Assembly: GCA_001794945.1 (NCBI GenBank)
Contig: MGMJ01000118.1
Coordinates: 69,596-113,513 of the forward strand
DNA length: 43,918 bases
Direction of reading: 5' to 3'
Source: Chloroflexi bacterium GWC2_73_18
GTDB taxonomy: Bacteria; Chloroflexota; Limnocylindria; Limnocylindrales; CSP1-4
Part shown: piece by piece, positions 1 to 8,982 of the stretch
How positions within the stretch are numbered: position 1 is the first letter of the stretch
Layout of the letters: every line of letters begins with the position of its first letter
Notes under the pieces: generated by a model
What the model saw: only the letters and a program-made list of their open reading frames with translations
Told to the model about the DNA's origin: nothing
The model's database searches: none
Made by a program: the position numbers and the translations under genes

Positions 1-1
1 C

Positions 2-772
2 GTGGCTCCCACGGCCAGCCCGACGGCTCCTGGAGGCACCGGCGGCCCGACCCCATCGGCGACGCCCCTCGCCACGGTCGCGGCCAGCCCGTCGCCGAGC
101 CCCGTAGCGAGCACGAGCTCCGCGATACCGACTCCCTGGGCATCGGCACCGCCCTCGGCTCCCGGTGACGCCCCGGTCACCGGCGGTGTCGCGCCTGGCG
201 CGAACGCCACCGCGCCTCCGGCAACTGCGGTCGCGAGCACGGTGCCTACCTCGGACCGGCCGCGACTGCCGATCTTGCTGACCGCCACCGCCCTGGCGGC
301 GCTGGCCGGCACCGCGGTCTTCCTGGCCCTGGTTGCGCGGGGGCGGCGCCGGACCGAGGAACCCGCCACGGTGCCAGCCGTGGACTCCGTCGGAAGGGGC
401 GGCCTCACCGAAACCCCGATTGCGACCGACGCGCCGGTCGGCGAGGAGGCGATGCCGCGCTGGCGCCGTCCATCGCTCCAGGCCGCGCGTCGCGGGATCG
501 TGCCGGCCGCGGTCATGGCCCGTCACAGGCTCGTCTTCGACCGACCGCCGGAACCGGGCGTCGAGCGACGTCAGGTGTCATACCGGTTCGTGCGCCTCGC
601 CAACAGACCGGACGAGCTCTACGGATCCGACACCGGAGCGCTGCAGCAGGGTGACGAGGTGGAGCTGCTCCGCGAGCAGGCAGGGTACTGGCTCGTGCGG
701 GCGCCCGACGGCGCCGAGGGCTGGGTTCATCGAACCACCCTTGCCGCGCTCGACGACATGGGCGACGACTGA
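2..772 (+). CDS. Membrane-anchored Pro/Ala-rich protein with C-terminal bacterial SH3-like domain (5' end runs off the window)
   Basis: The frame is open from the window edge. It has a low-complexity P/A/T-rich N-terminus, one hydrophobic helix (LPILLTATALAALAGTAVFLALV), then a GYWLVRAPDGAEGWVHRTTL-type SH3b signature. Family call by eye only. Confidence 0.55.
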   Translation: MAPTASPTAPGGTGGPTPSATPLATVAASPSPSPVASTSSAIPTPWASAPPSAPGDAPVTGGVAPGANATAPPATAVASTVPTSDRPRLPILLTATALAALAGTAVFLALVARGRRRTEEPATVPAVDSVGRGGLTETPIATDAPVGEEAMPRWRRPSLQAARRGIVPAAVMARHRLVFDRPPEPGVERRQVSYRFVRLANRPDELYGSDTGALQQGDEVELLREQAGYWLVRAPDGAEGWVHRTTLAALDDMGDD

Positions 773-788
773 CGGTCCGATATCGGCG

Positions 789-1589
789 TCAGCCGACCCG
801 CTTGAGTTTGCCGGTCCGCTTGGCGTAGCGCTCCGCACGCCCGAACGCCCACGTCCCGAGAGGGACCAGTGCCACGCCCATCACGACCAGCGGCCAGACG
901 TCGCCCCACAGCGCGGTCACCGGCGTCCCGTCGATCAGGCCCCGGCGCACGCCGTCGAGGATGTAGGTCGCCGGCGAGAAGCGCGCCAGCACCTGCATCC
1001 AGTCGGGCAGGATCTCAATCGAGTAGTAGACGCCGCTGACGAGCAGCAGGAGCGACTGGAGGACGAAGGTCATCTGCGCCCCGCGCTCGACGTAGAGGAG
1101 CGGCAGGACCGCCGCCATCATGCCGATCCCCACGAAGGAGACGGAGCCGACCAGCATGAAGACGCCGGCCGTGGCGAAGTCCGCCCGCGACAGGTCGAGC
1201 CCGAAGAAGAGGGTGAGCGCAACCAGCACGACGCCCGTGTGGATCAGCCCGTAGAGGATGGCGTAGAGGGTCGAGCCGAGCAGCTGCGCGAAGCGCCGGA
1301 CGGGCGCCATCATCGTGTACTCGAGCGTCCCCTCCCAGCGCTCCCAGGCGATCGTCTCGGCGATGAAGCTGAAGACGACCGAGAGGTAGTTCCAGAAGAT
1401 GGCCCCGATCATCAACGAGAGGATGAGGCGGGCGTCGCCCTGCTCCTTGCCGATCAGGGTGATCGAGAGCGCGCCCGCCACGGCGTAGACCAGGAAGGCG
1501 ACCTCCCAGCCCCAGTAGCGCCTGGTCAGGTTGAAGTTGCGCTCGACGAAGGCGTAGCTCGCCCGCAGCTCGCGCGTGAAGATGGCCAT
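789..1589 (-). CDS. ABC-2 type transporter permease
   Basis: 266-aa ORF with about six hydrophobic segments and an ABC-2 permease-like N-terminus (RELRASYAFVERNFNLTRRYWGWEV). GAGGAG lies 10 nt upstream of ATG 1589. It is co-directional with the ABC ATPase gene. Confidence 0.85.
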   Translation of the reverse strand: MAIFTRELRASYAFVERNFNLTRRYWGWEVAFLVYAVAGALSITLIGKEQGDARLILSLMIGAIFWNYLSVVFSFIAETIAWERWEGTLEYTMMAPVRRFAQLLGSTLYAILYGLIHTGVVLVALTLFFGLDLSRADFATAGVFMLVGSVSFVGIGMMAAVLPLLYVERGAQMTFVLQSLLLLVSGVYYSIEILPDWMQVLARFSPATYILDGVRRGLIDGTPVTALWGDVWPLVVMGVALVPLGTWAFGRAERYAKRTGKLKRVG

Positions 1590-1625
1590 GGTGTTCTCAC
1601 TCCTCGGGAAGACCCGGCCCGGCGG

Positions 1626-1829
1626 TCATCCGGACCGGGCCGGCTCGGGGGACGGCTCCGCCGCGATGCGGGTGCCGATCCGGACGATCGACCGTCCGAT
1701 CGCGCGCCGGATGTGGCGGCGCGAAGGCCGGCGCATCAGGCGCTCGAGGCGTGCCTCCTCGCGCAGCGCGCCGACGCGCTGAGCGTGCAGCAGCTGGACA
1801 AGGTGCTTGTCGCTGAAGATGGGTCTCAC
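1626..1829 (-). CDS. Small Arg-rich hypothetical protein between the ABC ATPase and permease genes
   Basis: 67-codon ORF with third-position G+C of about 89% by hand count. A strong AAAGGAGG follows the ATPase stop, but the only in-frame GTG abuts that SD, so the start codon is unclear. No recognisable domain. Confidence 0.35.
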   Translation of the reverse strand: MRPIFSDKHLVQLLHAQRVGALREEARLERLMRRPSRRHIRRAIGRSIVRIGTRIAAEPSPEPARSG

Positions 1830-1839
1830 CTCCTTTCGT

Positions 1840-2730
1840 TCACTCGTCGTTCCCGTCCTCGTCCTCGACGTCCTCGTCGAGGGAGCGGCCGGTGTAGGTC
1901 ATGAAGACGCTGTGCAACGTGGGGGGCAGGTCGCGCTCCCGGGCGACGCGCGCCTTGAGCTCGGCCGGCGTCCCCTCGGCCACGATCCGTCCTTCGTTGA
2001 GCAGCGCGATCCGGTCGCACAGCCGGTCGGCCTCGTCGAGGTCGTGGGTGGTGAGCACGATCGTGGCGTCGTGGCTCGCTCGCAGCTCCTCGATGAAGGC
2101 CTGCACCTCGAGCTTCGAGCGCGGGTCGAGGCCGGTCGTCGGCTCGTCGAGGAGCAGGAGTGCCGGGCTCGTCAACAGGGCGCGCGCGATGGCCACCTTC
2201 TGCTGCATCCCGCGGCTCATCTGCTCGAGCGGTCGCCCCACGCGCGACTCGGCGATGCCGAGCCGCCCCAGGATGCGCACCGCCTCGCGGCGGGCCGACC
2301 CCGCCTCCAGCCCATAGAGCCGCGCGGCGTAGGAGAGGTTCTCGGCCGGCGAGAGCTTCTTGAAGAAGGCGGCGTCGACGCTGACCCGGTTGATCAGGCG
2401 CTTGACCGCCATCTCCTCGTGCTCGATGTCGTGGCCGAAGACCCGGACGCGCCCCTGGTCGATCGTCAGCAGGGTGCTGACCAGGCGGATCAGGGTCGAC
2501 TTGCCGCTCCCGTTGGCGCCCAGGATCCCGTAGATCTCGCCGCGCTCGATGCGGATCGAGGCGTCGTCCACGGCGACCACCGAGCGACGCCGGCGCCCCA
2601 CCACGAAGCGCTTGGTGACATGCTCGATCTCGAGCGCCGGCGGGCCCTCGCGACCGACCGCGAACGGCGGGCCGAGCTGCGGGCCGGGCAGGACGGGGGC
2701 CTGCCGGTCGGGCGCGATGGTGATGGTCAT
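1840..2730 (-). CDS. ABC transporter ATP-binding protein
   Basis: Walker A GANGSGKST, signature-like MSRGMQQK and Walker B LLLLDEP. Start placed at ATG 2730 with GAGGA 8 nt upstream. The longest ORF would start at GTG 2841 but has no SD. Confidence 0.9.
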   Translation of the reverse strand: MTITIAPDRQAPVLPGPQLGPPFAVGREGPPALEIEHVTKRFVVGRRRRSVVAVDDASIRIERGEIYGILGANGSGKSTLIRLVSTLLTIDQGRVRVFGHDIEHEEMAVKRLINRVSVDAAFFKKLSPAENLSYAARLYGLEAGSARREAVRILGRLGIAESRVGRPLEQMSRGMQQKVAIARALLTSPALLLLDEPTTGLDPRSKLEVQAFIEELRASHDATIVLTTHDLDEADRLCDRIALLNEGRIVAEGTPAELKARVARERDLPPTLHSVFMTYTGRSLDEDVEDEDGNDE

Positions 2731-2856
2731 GGTGTGCGTCCTCGCTGAGGGTGCTCGTCGGTGGAGACGATCCGATCGCCGGAGGAGGGCAGGGACGGGC
2801 CCCGGGTTGACGATCGGCGGGAGCGGCGGCTCCGACGGCACCTCGCGCGAGGGCGA

Positions 2857-2898
2857 GGGAAACGAAAGAGCCGGGGGGCCGATCTGGCCCGCCGGCTC
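2857..2898 (-). terminator. Intrinsic terminator (minus strand) in the gap between two divergent operons
   Basis: Read on the minus strand: GAGCCGGCGGGCC-AGAUC-GGCCCCCCGGCUC. This is a 13-bp stem with one mismatch (2898..2868), followed by UUUCGUUU. Confidence 0.6.
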
Positions 2899-3077
2899 CG
2901 GCTGCTCCTCAGGCGGCTCGGCCGCCCGGCGCTAGCTCGCGGTGGGCACAGATCTCCCGCCGAACGGGCGGCCGGCAGGCACGCCCGTACGCAGGCCGAT
3001 GAGCGCTGCGTTGGTGCGGATGCGATCCATGCTCCTGAAGGACCTCGCTGCGGAAGTGGCTGCGCAACGTGGCGCGA
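2857..3077 (-). ncRNA. Candidate small RNA (family not recognised), bounded by the promoter at 3084..3112 and the terminator at 2857..2898
   Basis: The ends are inferred from promoter and terminator positions only. Internal hairpins include CGUACGGGCG/CGCCCGUUCG, CGCAG/CUGCG and GGCGGC/GCCGCC. The only coding option is a weak 32-codon ORF (3030..2932). Confidence 0.35.
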
Positions 3078-3083
3078 TGGCGC

Positions 3084-3112
3084 AGTCTAGAGACGCGGCG
3101 CGTCGCTGTCAA
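3084..3112 (-). promoter_or_regulatory. Near-consensus sigma70-type promoter, TTGACA-17 nt-TAGACT (minus strand)
   Basis: The plus strand reads tgtcaa at 3107..3112 and agtcta at 3084..3089, with a spacer of exactly 17 nt. The predicted TSS is near 3077, pointing left. Confidence 0.5.
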
Positions 3113-3177
3113 ACTCCCCGTGGGTAAGAGTTCGCCCGCATCAGTCCGCGCGGCCGGGCGGCTATCATGAGCGGGCC

Positions 3178-4179
3178 GTGGCGGAGAGCGGTCTGCCGGT
3201 CGTCGTCGCCGCGATCGCGCTCTCCTACGTCTACGCCTTCGTCGGCGGCTTCACCGATGCCGCCAATTCGATCGCGACGGCGGTCGGGACGCGCGTGTTC
3301 CGCCCGGCGCAAGCGGTCCTGGTGGCCGCGATCTTCGAGACGCTCGGCGCGCTCACCGGGACAGCCGTGGCCCTGACGATCGGCAAGGGCATCGTGGCGC
3401 CGGAGTTCCTCTCCCAGGGTGCCGTGGTCGCCGCTCTGCTCGGAGCGACGACGTGGAGCCTGCTCACCTACCGCTTCGGGATTCCCGTGAGCGAGACGCA
3501 CGGCCTGATCGGCGCGATCCTCGGAGTCGGGCTGCTGGTCGCCGGTCCGCCGGCCATCAACTGGCTCGGACTCGCGCCAGTCCTCCTCGCGATCGTCATC
3601 TCGCCTGTGCTCGGGGCGCTCGGAGGCGGGCTGGCCCTGTCGCTGACCTGGAACCTCGCCGGCTCGCTCCGCCGCGACCAGGCGACCTCGGTGCTGCGGA
3701 TGCTCCAACGCCTCTCCTCGATCTACATGGCGTTCAGCCACGGGCGGAACGACGCGCAGAAGCCGATGGGCGTCCTCGCGCTCGCCCTGGCCGTCTACTT
3801 CGGCTCGAGCGCCGTCGAGGTCCCGGTCTGGGTCATCGTCAGCGTCGGCGCGGTGGCAGGCCTGGGGGTTGCCGCGGGTGGCTGGCGCATCATCCGCACG
3901 CTCGGGATGCGGGTGACCGGGCTCACGCCCGATCAAGGCTTCGCGGCCGAGGTCGCGGCGGCCACCGTGCTGCAGGTCGCATCGCAGGCGGGGATCCCGG
4001 TCAGCACGACACACACGATCACGGCGGCGATCGTGGGCGTCGGCATGCTCCGTGGCTGGCGCGCCATCCGCTGGGGTCTGGTGCGGGGAATCGCCGTGTC
4101 ATGGGCGCTGACGCTGCCCGCCACGATCCTCTTCGGCTTCGTCTACGCGGCGGCGGCGCGTCTGGTCACAGGTGGCTGA
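3178..4179 (+). CDS. pit: PiT-family inorganic phosphate transporter
   Basis: 333 aa and polytopic. PHO4/PiT signatures GGFTDAANSIATAVGTR and FSHGRNDAQK, plus a second pseudo-repeat VSTTHTITAAIVGVG. The GTG start lies 10 nt after the TATCAT hexamer at 3163..3168. Confidence 0.9.
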   Translation: MAESGLPVVVAAIALSYVYAFVGGFTDAANSIATAVGTRVFRPAQAVLVAAIFETLGALTGTAVALTIGKGIVAPEFLSQGAVVAALLGATTWSLLTYRFGIPVSETHGLIGAILGVGLLVAGPPAINWLGLAPVLLAIVISPVLGALGGGLALSLTWNLAGSLRRDQATSVLRMLQRLSSIYMAFSHGRNDAQKPMGVLALALAVYFGSSAVEVPVWVIVSVGAVAGLGVAAGGWRIIRTLGMRVTGLTPDQGFAAEVAAATVLQVASQAGIPVSTTHTITAAIVGVGMLRGWRAIRWGLVRGIAVSWALTLPATILFGFVYAAAARLVTGG

Positions 4180-4262
4180 GGGCGCGGGTAGCGGTCTCCC
4201 GGGGTCACGACCGCCGTCAGAGGACCACCGCCCTCCGTACCAACTCCTTCGAGCCGTCCGAT

Positions 4263-4949
4263 TCATGCCGCCGTCGGCTGGTCTGGCACTGACCGCTGGC
4301 GGAGCCCGAGCTGGAGGGCGCGAGCGGCGGCCTGGGTTCGACTGACGACCCCGAGCTTCCCGTAGATGTTCTTGAGGTGCGTCTTGACCGTGTTTGTCGA
4401 GATGTAGAGGGCGGCGGCGATCTCCTCGTTCGACATGCCGTCGCCCATCAGCGCAAGCACCTCGAGCTCGCGATCGGTCAACGGCTCGACCAACGAGTCC
4501 GAGAAGCCAGGGGGCAGTCTCGCGCCTCTGAGGCTCGACGCTTCAGGCACTCGACTGGGTAGCTCTCTCGGATGGACCGGATCCAGTTGAGCTTGAGTGG
4601 CCAGAGGGCGTGCTCCCTCGGCCCGTCGCGCCCGGAGTGCGGCGCTGATGATCGCCACCACCCACCCGTTGAGGGCGAAGAGCGCCAAACCGACCAGGTC
4701 GGCAGCGCTGGCGACGTGGATCTCGCCGACGGGCGGCAGGTGAGCGTAGACGACCACAGCGCTTGACAGCGCCACGGCGGCGACCCCGGCGACCAGACCA
4801 GATAGCAGGGCGGCAAGGGCGATCGCAACGGAAGCCGTCGCGTACGTGCTGCTCGCGGCTTCTGCAGGCAGTGCGAGTTCGAGCAGGCCGAACGCGCTGC
4901 CGACCGCCACGGTCGCCACGCCGAGATCCCCCATCAGTCGCCGTCCCAT
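4263..4949 (-). CDS. Membrane-anchored LuxR-family transcriptional regulator (DUF4118-like N-terminal module)
   Basis: C-terminal LuxR/FixJ HTH (LTDRELEVLALMGDGMSNEEIAAALYISTNTVKTHLKNIYGKLGV). The N-terminal ~110 aa form 3-4 hydrophobic helices resembling the KdpD-type membrane module. Start placed at ATG 4949; the longer ORF to 5624 is low-complexity and antisense to usp. Confidence 0.8.
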   Translation of the reverse strand: MGRRLMGDLGVATVAVGSAFGLLELALPAEAASSTYATASVAIALAALLSGLVAGVAAVALSSAVVVYAHLPPVGEIHVASAADLVGLALFALNGWVVAIISAALRARRAEGARPLATQAQLDPVHPRELPSRVPEASSLRGARLPPGFSDSLVEPLTDRELEVLALMGDGMSNEEIAAALYISTNTVKTHLKNIYGKLGVVSRTQAAARALQLGLRQRSVPDQPTAA

Positions 4950-4955
4950 GCGACA

Positions 4956-4985
4956 AGTATCGGACGAGGTCGAACTCGATCCCAA
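4956..4985 (-). promoter_or_regulatory. Putative promoter TTGGGA-18 nt-GATACT, predicting a leaderless mRNA for the LuxR-type gene
   Basis: The plus strand reads tcccaa at 4980..4985 and agtatc at 4956..4961. The -10 element ends 7 nt before the A of ATG 4949. Confidence 0.4.
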
Positions 4986-5193
4986 GAGGCGAAGGTCACA
5001 GACACGCCGGCTCCTCTTCCCGAGCGGCGCGGTCCGTCGCGTCCGGATCCCCGCAGCCGTCAAGAAAGCCCATTGGCGAGGACGAATCACCCGTTCGAGT
5101 GACCACAGCGCAGCTCCCTGCGTCGTAGGCTGGCGCTGCGTCGGTCCGCCGACGTGCGCATGGGCTTGGCCGGAGGCAGAGAGCGAGGGCAAG

Positions 5194-6093
5194 ATGCGGA
5201 TCGTCATCGGCATCGACGACTCGCCCCAGGCCTCCGTCGGAGCGAAGTGGGTCGCGGAGCTGCCCCTTACCGCTGCCGATGAGGTCCGCGTTGCCTCGAT
5301 CGTGGAGCGCCCGGTTGTCATCGGCCCCTGGGGATACATCCAAACCGACGTCACGGCCAGGTACCTCGCCGAGGCCTGGGAGGGTGCCCAGGAGAGGGCG
5401 CGGCTGGCGGCCGAAGAGGCCGCCGCGGCCTGCGCGGCGATGCCGTGCCAAGTGCGCGTCGTCGTACGCGAGGGGCACCCCATTGACGGCCTGGTCCGCT
5501 TGGTCCAGGAGGTTGGCGCGGATCTGGTCGTCGTTGGTCCACACGGCCGCGGCAGACTCGAGTCGATCCTGCTCGGAAGCGTCTCGCAGGCGCTCCTGCA
5601 CGCGATGCCGGCGTCGGTGCTCATCGCGCGCGAGCCCGTGAGCGCGCCCCTCCGCGTCCTCCTGGCGACGGACGGCTCACCCCACAGCCTCGATGCGGCG
5701 CTCTACCTGGCCCGCTTTCCGCTCACCCCGCAGGCCCGGATCGAAGTCCTGACAGCCATCTGCGCCTGGTCTGGCGGATACGCGGAGTACGGGGCGGCCG
5801 ACCTCCGGGACGTCGTCGCCCATGAGAGACGCCGAGCGGTGGAGGTCATCGACGCGGCACTCGAGGCGCTCGAGGCGGGCGGGAAGACCGGCACGCCCTT
5901 GATCCGTCATGGCGATCCGAAGCGGGAGATCCTCGCCGCGGCGCGAGAGCTGGCGGCCGACCTGATCGTCACCGGGGCTCGGGGCGTGGGTGGCTTCAGG
6001 GGCCTCGTCCTCGGGAGCGTGTCGCGCGCCGTGAGCAAGGCCGCGCCATGCTCGACGCTCGTCGTCGCCCACGGGGCCGCATCGACGACGTGA
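5194..6093 (+). CDS. Universal stress protein, tandem USP domains (1 of 3)
   Basis: Two USP domains, each with a G-x2-G-x9-G(S/T) motif (VVVGPHGRGRLESILLGSVS; IVTGARGVGGFRGLVLGSVS). ATG 5194 follows a purine-rich GGAGGCAGAGAGCGAGGG stretch. Confidence 0.85.
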   Translation: MRIVIGIDDSPQASVGAKWVAELPLTAADEVRVASIVERPVVIGPWGYIQTDVTARYLAEAWEGAQERARLAAEEAAAACAAMPCQVRVVVREGHPIDGLVRLVQEVGADLVVVGPHGRGRLESILLGSVSQALLHAMPASVLIAREPVSAPLRVLLATDGSPHSLDAALYLARFPLTPQARIEVLTAICAWSGGYAEYGAADLRDVVAHERRRAVEVIDAALEALEAGGKTGTPLIRHGDPKREILAAARELAADLIVTGARGVGGFRGLVLGSVSRAVSKAAPCSTLVVAHGAASTT

Positions 6094-6103
6094 GGAGGCG
6101 GCG

Positions 6104-7018
6104 ATGCACCGGACGCGTGTGCTGTACGCGACGGATGGGTCCTCGGGAGCTGAGCAGGCGCTTGAGCTCCTCATCGGTGGCTTCGAGCCGAGCGGTGTCG
6201 AGACCGTCGAGGTGATCTCCGTCGTCGCCCGGGTCGCCCGGGGGCTTGGATCTCGTCCCGAAGAGGCCGGGGCGCCGGAGACGATCATCGACGCTGCCCA
6301 CAGCGAGGCCGCCCAAAGGATCGTCCGCGACGCCTCCCAGCGACTCCAGGAGGCCGGGTTCCAGACGGTCGAGACCGTCCGGGCCGGGCACCCTGCAGAG
6401 ACGATCGTGACCCACGCCAGCGTGCGGCGACCCGACCTCGTCCTCCTCGGAACTCGCGGTCTGAGCGGGCTGAGCCGGCAACTTGTCGGGAGCGTGTCGG
6501 GGAAGGTCGCCCGCTACGCGCCGGCCTCCGTCCTCGTCGCCCGAACGCCCGGCCCGATCCGTCGGGTCGTCCTCGGGTACGACGCCTCCCCAGACGCCGA
6601 CCTGGCGCTCGACGGGGTCGGCTCGCTGCCCCTGCGGCAGGGCATCAGCGTGACGGTCTGCACGGCGTACGAGGTCGTGGCCCCCCTGCGCTCGGGGATC
6701 GCGCCGACGATGTTCGCGCAAGTCGACGCCGCCCGTCGCGAGGACCTCAGACTTGCGCGGAAGGCGGCCGACGCCATCGCCGCCGATGCCACGCGCCGGC
6801 TGGTCGAGCGGGGTGTCGACGCCACGCCTCGGGTGTCGCACGGGTCACCCCATGAGCAGCTGGCGATCCTGGCGAGCGAGCTGGCGGCCGACCTCCTCGT
6901 GGTCGGGTCGCGCGGGCTCTCCGGGATCCAGCGCTTCTTCCTCGGCAGCACGAGCGCGACGCTCGTCGCGCACCCGCCAACGAGCGTGCTCGTCGCACGT
7001 CGCAACCCGGATGCCTAG
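6104..7018 (+). CDS. Universal stress protein, tandem USP domains (2 of 3)
   Basis: Two USP domains (LVLLGTRGLSGLSRQLVGSVS; LLVVGSRGLSGIQRFFLGSTS). It starts 10 nt after the upstream stop. Confidence 0.85.
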   Translation: MHRTRVLYATDGSSGAEQALELLIGGFEPSGVETVEVISVVARVARGLGSRPEEAGAPETIIDAAHSEAAQRIVRDASQRLQEAGFQTVETVRAGHPAETIVTHASVRRPDLVLLGTRGLSGLSRQLVGSVSGKVARYAPASVLVARTPGPIRRVVLGYDASPDADLALDGVGSLPLRQGISVTVCTAYEVVAPLRSGIAPTMFAQVDAARREDLRLARKAADAIAADATRRLVERGVDATPRVSHGSPHEQLAILASELAADLLVVGSRGLSGIQRFFLGSTSATLVAHPPTSVLVARRNPDA

Positions 7019-7928
7019 CGTGGGCGGTCAGACAACCACACCCATCCGTGTCCTCCTCGCGACCGACGACTCCGAGGCCGCGCGGTGCGCCGAAGCATGG
7101 GTTTCGCGTCTGCGCTGGTCGCAGCCCTGCGTGGTCGATGTCCTGTGCGTGGCCGCACATGCGATCACGCGGTTCGGCTGGGGGATGCAGACGTACCGCG
7201 CGACGGTTCGCCAGGCCGTGGAGCAGCTCCGCCAGAGCGAGCTGCTCGCCGCGGAGCGGGTCGCCAACGCCGTTGGCGAGCGGCTGCAGCGAGCCGGGTC
7301 GATGGTCCACGCGTGGGCCCGCCAGGGTGACACCGCCGAAGAGATCCTCGCTGCGATCGAGCAAGACCGCCCGGACCTTGTCGCCCTGGGACCAAGGGGG
7401 CGTTCGGGGCTCGCCCAGCTTCTGCTCGGCGGTGTCTCGCACGAGGTGATCGTGGCGACGACCAGGCCGGTGCTGGTGGCGCGGAAGCCTCCGGCCGATG
7501 CCGGCCCGCTGCCTCGCCACCTCCTGCTCGTCGTCGACGGCACGCTGGCAGCGGAGACCGCGGTCGATTGGCTTGTACGAGCCGCCTGGGCAGCCGGGGC
7601 CAGGGTGACGCTCCTCGGCCTGCTCGGCGTCTCGCCCGGCGTCGAGGACGACCAGCCCACGCTGACCTCCGGGCTGACGGGCCTCGTCCGCGGCGACGCG
7701 ACGACCGCCCTGGACCGACTTGCGGAACCGCTGCGCCGGCAGGCCGATACGTTCACGATCGAGCTCGCAATCGGCCACCCGCTCGAGGGTGTACTCCGGG
7801 CTGCCGAGGACCTTGAGTGCGACCTCATCGTCGTGGCTCGTCCGCCGCGGCGACGCGGTCAGGATCCGTTTGCCGAGAAGGTCGTTCGACACGCTTCGAC
7901 GTCGGTCCTCATCGTCCCGAAGACCTAG
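7011..7928 (+). CDS. Universal stress protein, tandem USP domains (3 of 3; second domain degenerate)
   Basis: The first domain has LVALGPRGRSGLAQLLLGGVS. The second lacks the glycine motif (VVARPPRRRGQDPFAEKVV). ATG 7011 overlaps the upstream stop by 8 nt. Confidence 0.8.
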   Translation: MPSVGGQTTTPIRVLLATDDSEAARCAEAWVSRLRWSQPCVVDVLCVAAHAITRFGWGMQTYRATVRQAVEQLRQSELLAAERVANAVGERLQRAGSMVHAWARQGDTAEEILAAIEQDRPDLVALGPRGRSGLAQLLLGGVSHEVIVATTRPVLVARKPPADAGPLPRHLLLVVDGTLAAETAVDWLVRAAWAAGARVTLLGLLGVSPGVEDDQPTLTSGLTGLVRGDATTALDRLAEPLRRQADTFTIELAIGHPLEGVLRAAEDLECDLIVVARPPRRRGQDPFAEKVVRHASTSVLIVPKT

Positions 7929-7950
7929 CCCCGACAGGACGAGGCGACAC

Positions 7951-8982
7951 GTGGGCTCCGACGCGCTCTGGCAGTGGATCGCACTCTTCGCTGTGGCGGG
8001 CGCGTTCGTCGCCGCCGCAGGGACCGTCCTGGCCCGCTCCGGTGATGAGATCGCGACACGGACGGGCCTCGGCGGCCTGCTTGTCGGCATGCTCCTGCTC
8101 GCCGTCGCGACCTCGCTCCCCGAGGTCGCGACGGACGTCAGCGCTGCCCTCGAGGGTGCGCCGGACCTAGCGGTGGGGGACCTCTTCGGGAGCAGCATGG
8201 CGAACATGGCCATCCTCGCCCTCATCGACCTCGTCCATCGCGGTCGGGTCTGGCCGAGGGTCGGGCTCGGCCATGCGAAAGTCGCCGCGATCGCGGTCGC
8301 CCTGACCGCAATCGCCCTGCTGGCCATCCTGGTGCCGCCCGGGGTGGCGATCGGGTGGGTTGGCATCGAGACGCCCCTGATCGTGACCGGCTACATCGCC
8401 GCGGCCGCCTGGATGAAGCGCTCCCGGGGCGAGGGGCGACGGGGCGACGACTCGACCGGCGAGATCATCGTGCCCACGGGCTGGGCCCGGACGGAGGAGG
8501 CGCGCCACAGCCTGCGGTACGAGGCGGCGCGGATTGTTCTCGCCGCCGGCATCATCCTCGTCGCCGCTCCGGTGCTCGCCCTGTCGGGCAAAGGGATCGC
8601 CGAGAGGATCGGGATCGGGCAGATGCTCGTGGGTGCCCTGCTTCTGGCGGTGACCACGTCGCTTCCGGAGCTCGTCGCCTCGCTCGCCGCCGTCCGGATC
8701 GGCGCCTACGACCTCGCTGTCGGCAACCTGTTCGGGAGCAATGCGTTCAACATGACGGTCCTGTTCGCCGCCGATCTCTCCTGCCTTCCTGGCCCGATCC
8801 TCGCGGCGGTCGCGCCGGCCCAGGTCGTCGCCGGTGTGGGGGCGATCCTGTTGATGGCGCTCGCGCTGGCCGCCGTGGTGCACGGCACTCGAACGCGTCT
8901 CGCTCGCCTGGAACCGGACCCGCTGGCCGTCCTCCTCGCGTACATCCTCCTCATGGGAGCGCTCTGGATGGCCACCTCGTGA
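7951..8982 (+). CDS. Na+/Ca2+ exchanger (CaCA) family membrane protein
   Basis: 343 aa with two internal repeats carrying alpha-repeat-like signatures (GDLFGSSMANMAIL; GNLFGSNAFNMTVL) and SLPE motifs. GTG 7951 is in frame with track ORF 7720..8982. Confidence 0.8.
   Translation: MGSDALWQWIALFAVAGAFVAAAGTVLARSGDEIATRTGLGGLLVGMLLLAVATSLPEVATDVSAALEGAPDLAVGDLFGSSMANMAILALIDLVHRGRVWPRVGLGHAKVAAIAVALTAIALLAILVPPGVAIGWVGIETPLIVTGYIAAAAWMKRSRGEGRRGDDSTGEIIVPTGWARTEEARHSLRYEAARIVLAAGIILVAAPVLALSGKGIAERIGIGQMLVGALLLAVTTSLPELVASLAAVRIGAYDLAVGNLFGSNAFNMTVLFAADLSCLPGPILAAVAPAQVVAGVGAILLMALALAAVVHGTRTRLARLEPDPLAVLLAYILLMGALWMATS

Noticed and set aside
2909-3112. 67-aa His/Arg-rich ORF on the minus strand in the ABC/pit gap
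   Set aside because: Its TTG start coincides with the -35 hexamer, so it lies upstream of the predicted TSS. Third-position G+C is only about 74% and there is no SD. The region is better explained as a non-coding transcript.
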